64,000 nt of DNA from an uncultured delta proteobacterium (GTDB taxonomy: Bacteria > Myxococcota_A > Polyangia > Polyangiales > Polyangiaceae), in NCBI GenBank assembly GCA_963806225.1, contig CAWDXG010000001.1, positions 1,568,001-1,632,000 of the forward strand. Direction: 5' to 3'. Every line of letters starts with the position of its first letter. Positions within the stretch are counted from its first letter, which is position 1. The notes under the pieces are model-generated. The model was not told the DNA's origin and ran no database searches. It was given only the letters and a program-made list of their open reading frames with translations. Made by a program: the position numbers and the translations under genes. Below, piece after piece: positions 60,563 through 64,000 of the stretch.

Positions 60563-61585
60563 TCAGACCTGCCAGGTGTTGCCGCTGTTGAGCAGCTTGC
60601 CCAGGTCGCCCTTGCCGAACTTGTCCACGGCCGTCTGGTGCTGCTGCAGAAGCGTCTCGTCGTAGCTCGGACGATCGACTGCGTACAGAACGCCTACGGC
60701 CACCGGGAACTGCGGATAGGGCATGCGTGCCAGCATGTAGGCGAGCGTGGCGTTGGTCTCGTCGTGGAGCAGGATATCGTTTTCGGTGACGCCGTCCTCG
60801 CCGATCGTGACCACCTCGAGCGACAACGTCCTGGGGGAGATCCTGAGACCCTGCTTGGCGTCCTTGCCGAACATGAGCGGCTTGCCGTGCTCGACGCGGA
60901 GCTGCCGGTCGGCCTGCATGGCCTTCTCGCGGAAGCTGTCGAACGCTCCGTCGTTGAAGACGTTGCAGTTCTGGTAGATCTCGAGGAAAGTCGCTCCCTT
61001 GTGCTCCGCCGCGCGGCGCAGCATCGCCGACAGGTGCTGGGCATCGACGTCGATCGAGCGCGCAACGAAGCTGCCACCCGAGCCCAGCGCGAACGTCGCC
61101 GGGTCGACGGGCTGATCGGCCGAGCCCAGCGGCGTGCTCTTGGTCACCTTTCCGAACTCGCTGGTGGGCGAGTACTGGCCCTTGGTGAGTCCGTAGATGC
61201 GGTTGTTGAACATCAGGATGTGGATGTCGAGGTTCCGCCGGAGGGCGTGCATCAGGTGGTTGCCGCCGATGCTCAGGCCGTCGCCGTCGCCGGTCACGAC
61301 CCAGACGGAGAGCTCGGGATTGGCCGCCTTGACGCCCATCGCGATCGCAGGTGCCCGGCCGTGGATGGTGTGGAAGCCGTACGTGTTCATGTAGTACGGG
61401 AAGCGACTGGAGCAGCCGATGCCGCTCACCCAGACGATGTTCTCCCGCGGCACGCCCAGCTCGGGCATGACGCGCTGGACGTTGGCCAGGATCGAGTAGT
61501 CGCCGCAGCCGGGACACCAACGGACATCCTGGTCCGTCGCGAAGTCCTTGCGCGTAAGCTTGGGGGTCTTGATGACTTCGTTCAT
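60563..61585 (-). CDS. korB: 2-oxoacid:ferredoxin oxidoreductase beta subunit
   Basis: WCPGCGD, SGIGCSSR, HGRA, GDGD (TPP motif), NNRIYGLTKGQYSPT, QNCNVFND. Confidence 0.95.
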   Translation of the reverse strand: MNEVIKTPKLTRKDFATDQDVRWCPGCGDYSILANVQRVMPELGVPRENIVWVSGIGCSSRFPYYMNTYGFHTIHGRAPAIAMGVKAANPELSVWVVTGDGDGLSIGGNHLMHALRRNLDIHILMFNNRIYGLTKGQYSPTSEFGKVTKSTPLGSADQPVDPATFALGSGGSFVARSIDVDAQHLSAMLRRAAEHKGATFLEIYQNCNVFNDGAFDSFREKAMQADRQLRVEHGKPLMFGKDAKQGLRISPRTLSLEVVTIGEDGVTENDILLHDETNATLAYMLARMPYPQFPVAVGVLYAVDRPSYDETLLQQHQTAVDKFGKGDLGKLLNSGNTWQV

Positions 61586-61590
61586 TGTCT

Positions 61591-63468
61591 TCAGCTTTCC
61601 ATCATCTGGCGGATGCGGTTCTCGATCTCGTCGATCCGGAAGGGTTGACCTTCGCACTTGGAGTAGGTCTCCGCCGGGATCAGGAACTCCGCACGGATGA
61701 GCTTGACCAGCTGCCCGAGGTTCAATTCGGGGATCAGCACCCGATCGAAGCCAGCGATGATGTCACCGAGGTTCCGCGGTAGTGGATTGATGTAGCGCAG
61801 GTGGGCGTGGGACACCTCGAGCCCGCGCTCGCGACAGCGCTCGACTGCGGAGCGGATGGCGCCGTACGTCGAACCCCAGCCGAGCACCAGCAGCTTGCCG
61901 GACTTGGGCCCCACGTCCATCGACTGCTCGGGGATGTAGTTCGCGATGCCGGCGATCTTGGCTGCCCGGGTGCGGCACATCTTGTCGTGATTGTCCGGAT
62001 CGTAGGAGATGTTGCCGCTATCGTAGTCCTTCTCGAGGCCTCCGATGCGGTGCTCGAGCCCGGGCGTGCCCGGAATGGCCCAGTTGCGCGCCAGCGTTTC
62101 CGGATCGCGGGCGAAAGGCTGGAAGCCTTCCAGCTCGGTCCGGAATTTCACCTTGATCTCCGGCAGCTGGCTCACGTCGGGGATACGCCACGGCTCGGCG
62201 CCGTTGGCGAGGTAGCCATCCGTCAGCAGCATCACCGGCGTCATGAACTCGAGCGCGAGACGCACCGCCTCCACCGACATGTGGAAGCAGTCGCCGGGCG
62301 TCGCTGCGGCGATCACGCACAGCGGGGCTTCACTGTTGCGGCCGTAGACGGCCTGCAGCAGGTCCGCCTGTTCGGTCTTGGTGGGCAGCCCGGTACTGGG
62401 CCCGCCGCGCTGGACGTTGACCACCACGAGCGGCAGCTCGGTGGCGATGGCGAGGCCCAGCGCTTCGCTCTTCAGCGCCACGCCGGGCCCGCTGGTCGTG
62501 GTGCAGCCGATGGCGCCCGCGTAGGAGGCGCCTATCGCGGTGCACACCGCGGCGATCTCGTCTTCGGCCTGGATTGTGGTGACGCCGTAGTGCTTGTACT
62601 TGCTGAGCTCGTGCAGCACGTCGCTGGCCGGCGTGATCGGATAGGAACCCAGCACCAGCTCGAGGCCGCTCAGCTGCGCGGCGGCGATCAAGCCCCAGGC
62701 GGTCGCCATGTTGCCGCCGATGTTCCGGTAGGTGCCCTTTTCGACGGGCGCGGCCGGCACCTCGTAGTGGTAGTGCGAGATCTCGGTCGTCTCGCCGTAG
62801 GCGTGCCCCGCCTTGAGCGCGAGGATGTTGGCTTCCACCACGTCGGGGCGCCGCTTGAACTTGGACTCGATCCACTTGATGGTCGGCTCGAGCGGGCGGC
62901 TGTAGATCCAGAACATCAGCCCGAGCGTCCAGAAGTTCTTGCAGCGGTTGGCTTCCTTGGTGGAAAGCCCCACTTCCTTCACGGCGTTGAGCGTGTTCTT
63001 CGTGATGTCGATCGGCAGCACGTTGTAGCCGTCGAGCGTGTCGTCATCGAGCGGGTTCGATGCGTATCCCGCCTTCTTCAGGTTCGCGGTGCTGAACGCC
63101 CCGCTGTTGGCGATCAGGAGGCCGCCCCGCTTCAGCTGCTTGACGTTGGTCTTCAGCGCGGCGGGGTTCATCGCCACGAGGACATCCGGCGCGTCACCCG
63201 GCGTGTAGACATCCTGCGAAGCGAAGTTGATCTGGAACCCGGAGACGCCGTACAGCGTTCCAGCGGGGGCGCGGATCTCGGCCGGGTAGTCGGGAAAGGT
63301 CGCGAGATCGTTCCCGGCGAGTGCAGCCGCCGAGGTGAACTGGGCGCCTGTGACCTGCATGCCGTCACCGGAATCACCAGCGAATCGGACCACTGCGCCG
63401 TGGATCTTCTGACTGTTGTCCGGGGCCGTAGCGGCGGGCGGGGATAGCGGGGACGCCTGCGTTGCCAT
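61591..63468 (-). CDS. korA: 2-oxoacid:ferredoxin oxidoreductase alpha subunit (gamma-alpha fusion)
   Basis: FAGDSGDGMQ, YPAEIRAPAG, YPITP, QAEDEIAA, TSGPG, QRGGPSTGLPTK. Confidence 0.95.
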   Translation of the reverse strand: MATQASPLSPPAATAPDNSQKIHGAVVRFAGDSGDGMQVTGAQFTSAAALAGNDLATFPDYPAEIRAPAGTLYGVSGFQINFASQDVYTPGDAPDVLVAMNPAALKTNVKQLKRGGLLIANSGAFSTANLKKAGYASNPLDDDTLDGYNVLPIDITKNTLNAVKEVGLSTKEANRCKNFWTLGLMFWIYSRPLEPTIKWIESKFKRRPDVVEANILALKAGHAYGETTEISHYHYEVPAAPVEKGTYRNIGGNMATAWGLIAAAQLSGLELVLGSYPITPASDVLHELSKYKHYGVTTIQAEDEIAAVCTAIGASYAGAIGCTTTSGPGVALKSEALGLAIATELPLVVVNVQRGGPSTGLPTKTEQADLLQAVYGRNSEAPLCVIAAATPGDCFHMSVEAVRLALEFMTPVMLLTDGYLANGAEPWRIPDVSQLPEIKVKFRTELEGFQPFARDPETLARNWAIPGTPGLEHRIGGLEKDYDSGNISYDPDNHDKMCRTRAAKIAGIANYIPEQSMDVGPKSGKLLVLGWGSTYGAIRSAVERCRERGLEVSHAHLRYINPLPRNLGDIIAGFDRVLIPELNLGQLVKLIRAEFLIPAETYSKCEGQPFRIDEIENRIRQMMES

Positions 63469-63871
63469 GTGTGTCGGATCTACCTTTCCAGGTTCGGACG
63501 TGGGCCGCTCAGGTTGGCCGAAGCCCGCCTGCTCGGCCCACGATGCGGGCTTTCGCGGAGGAATGCCACTTCGGCTAGGCCAGGGTTACCACCAGAACCC
63601 TGGCGGGCCAGCCACGAATGAGCGGTATCATTGTCGAGCGAAATGGTCGCAAACGCTTTCGGCCGCCGTCGGGGACTGCTTGGGGCAGGCGTACGCTCGG
63701 GGCGAGCCGCGCGGGGGAGGGAGCGGATTGTCCGTGACGGGGACACTCGGAGACGCACTCTGCGCACCCCGAGACATAGGGCAGATTGGCTCCGGATGCG
63801 AGGGGGATCCTCGAAAAACCCGTGGGGTGCGCGGAGCGGAGGGGCTGCCGTCGGAAGCGGGCGCGCTGCGT

Positions 63872-64000
63872 TCAGGCCGCGGCGGCGTGCCGGTCGAGCA
63901 TTTCCGCCAGCCGCGGGGCGGCCGCCTCGACGTGCTTGTGCGCCATGGGGCGGAGCTTCCGGTAGGTCTTCTTGATGGCCCCGCTTTTTGCGTGTTCCGC
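63872..64000 (-). CDS. 3' end of a hypothetical protein (5' part outside window; possibly DUF6918-like)
   Basis: Open frame AEHAKSGAIKKTYRKLRPMAHKHVEAAAPRLAEMLDRHAAAA* with host-like codon usage. Family recalled from memory only. Confidence 0.55.
   Translation of the reverse strand, partial: AEHAKSGAIKKTYRKLRPMAHKHVEAAAPRLAEMLDRHAAAA

Overview
High-GC bacterial chromosomal segment. Its gene content (vWA lipoproteins, an AgmX/PglI-like C-terminal domain, zinc-ribbon-TM-TPR and giant TPR proteins) points to a myxobacterium, probably Polyangia-like; this is an inference. Bases 1-16.6 kb hold the dcw cluster (mraZ-rsmH-ftsL-ftsI-murE-murF-mraY-murD-ftsW-murG-murC-ftsQ-ftsA-ftsZ, with no murB or ddl), carrying nine single-base indels that look like long-read errors. 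The rest is a mixed region: two small lipoproteins, TerB, a eukaryote-type bifunctional 6-phosphofructo-2-kinase/fructose-2,6-bisphosphatase (PFKFB), CobW, GST, a DUF4013-DUF4013-GGT operon, moaB, GT4, DUF971, rpsU, a Cys/Met PLP lyase, an Asp-box protein, two tandem vWA lipoproteins, a thioesterase-PLD pair, alpha-2-macroglobulin-PBP1C, two giant TPR proteins, a degenerate parvulin, a ZnR-TM-TPR protein, an FGE-sulfatase-domain protein, an ScfR-family regulator with a candidate operator, and korAB. The most striking signal is the intact PFKFB, which would imply fructose-2,6-bisphosphate signalling in a bacterium. Second is a GGT in which all three residues that bind the alpha-amino group are replaced by Ser. 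No rRNA, tRNA, CRISPR array or mobile element was recognised. All family calls come from reading motifs by eye; no searches were run.
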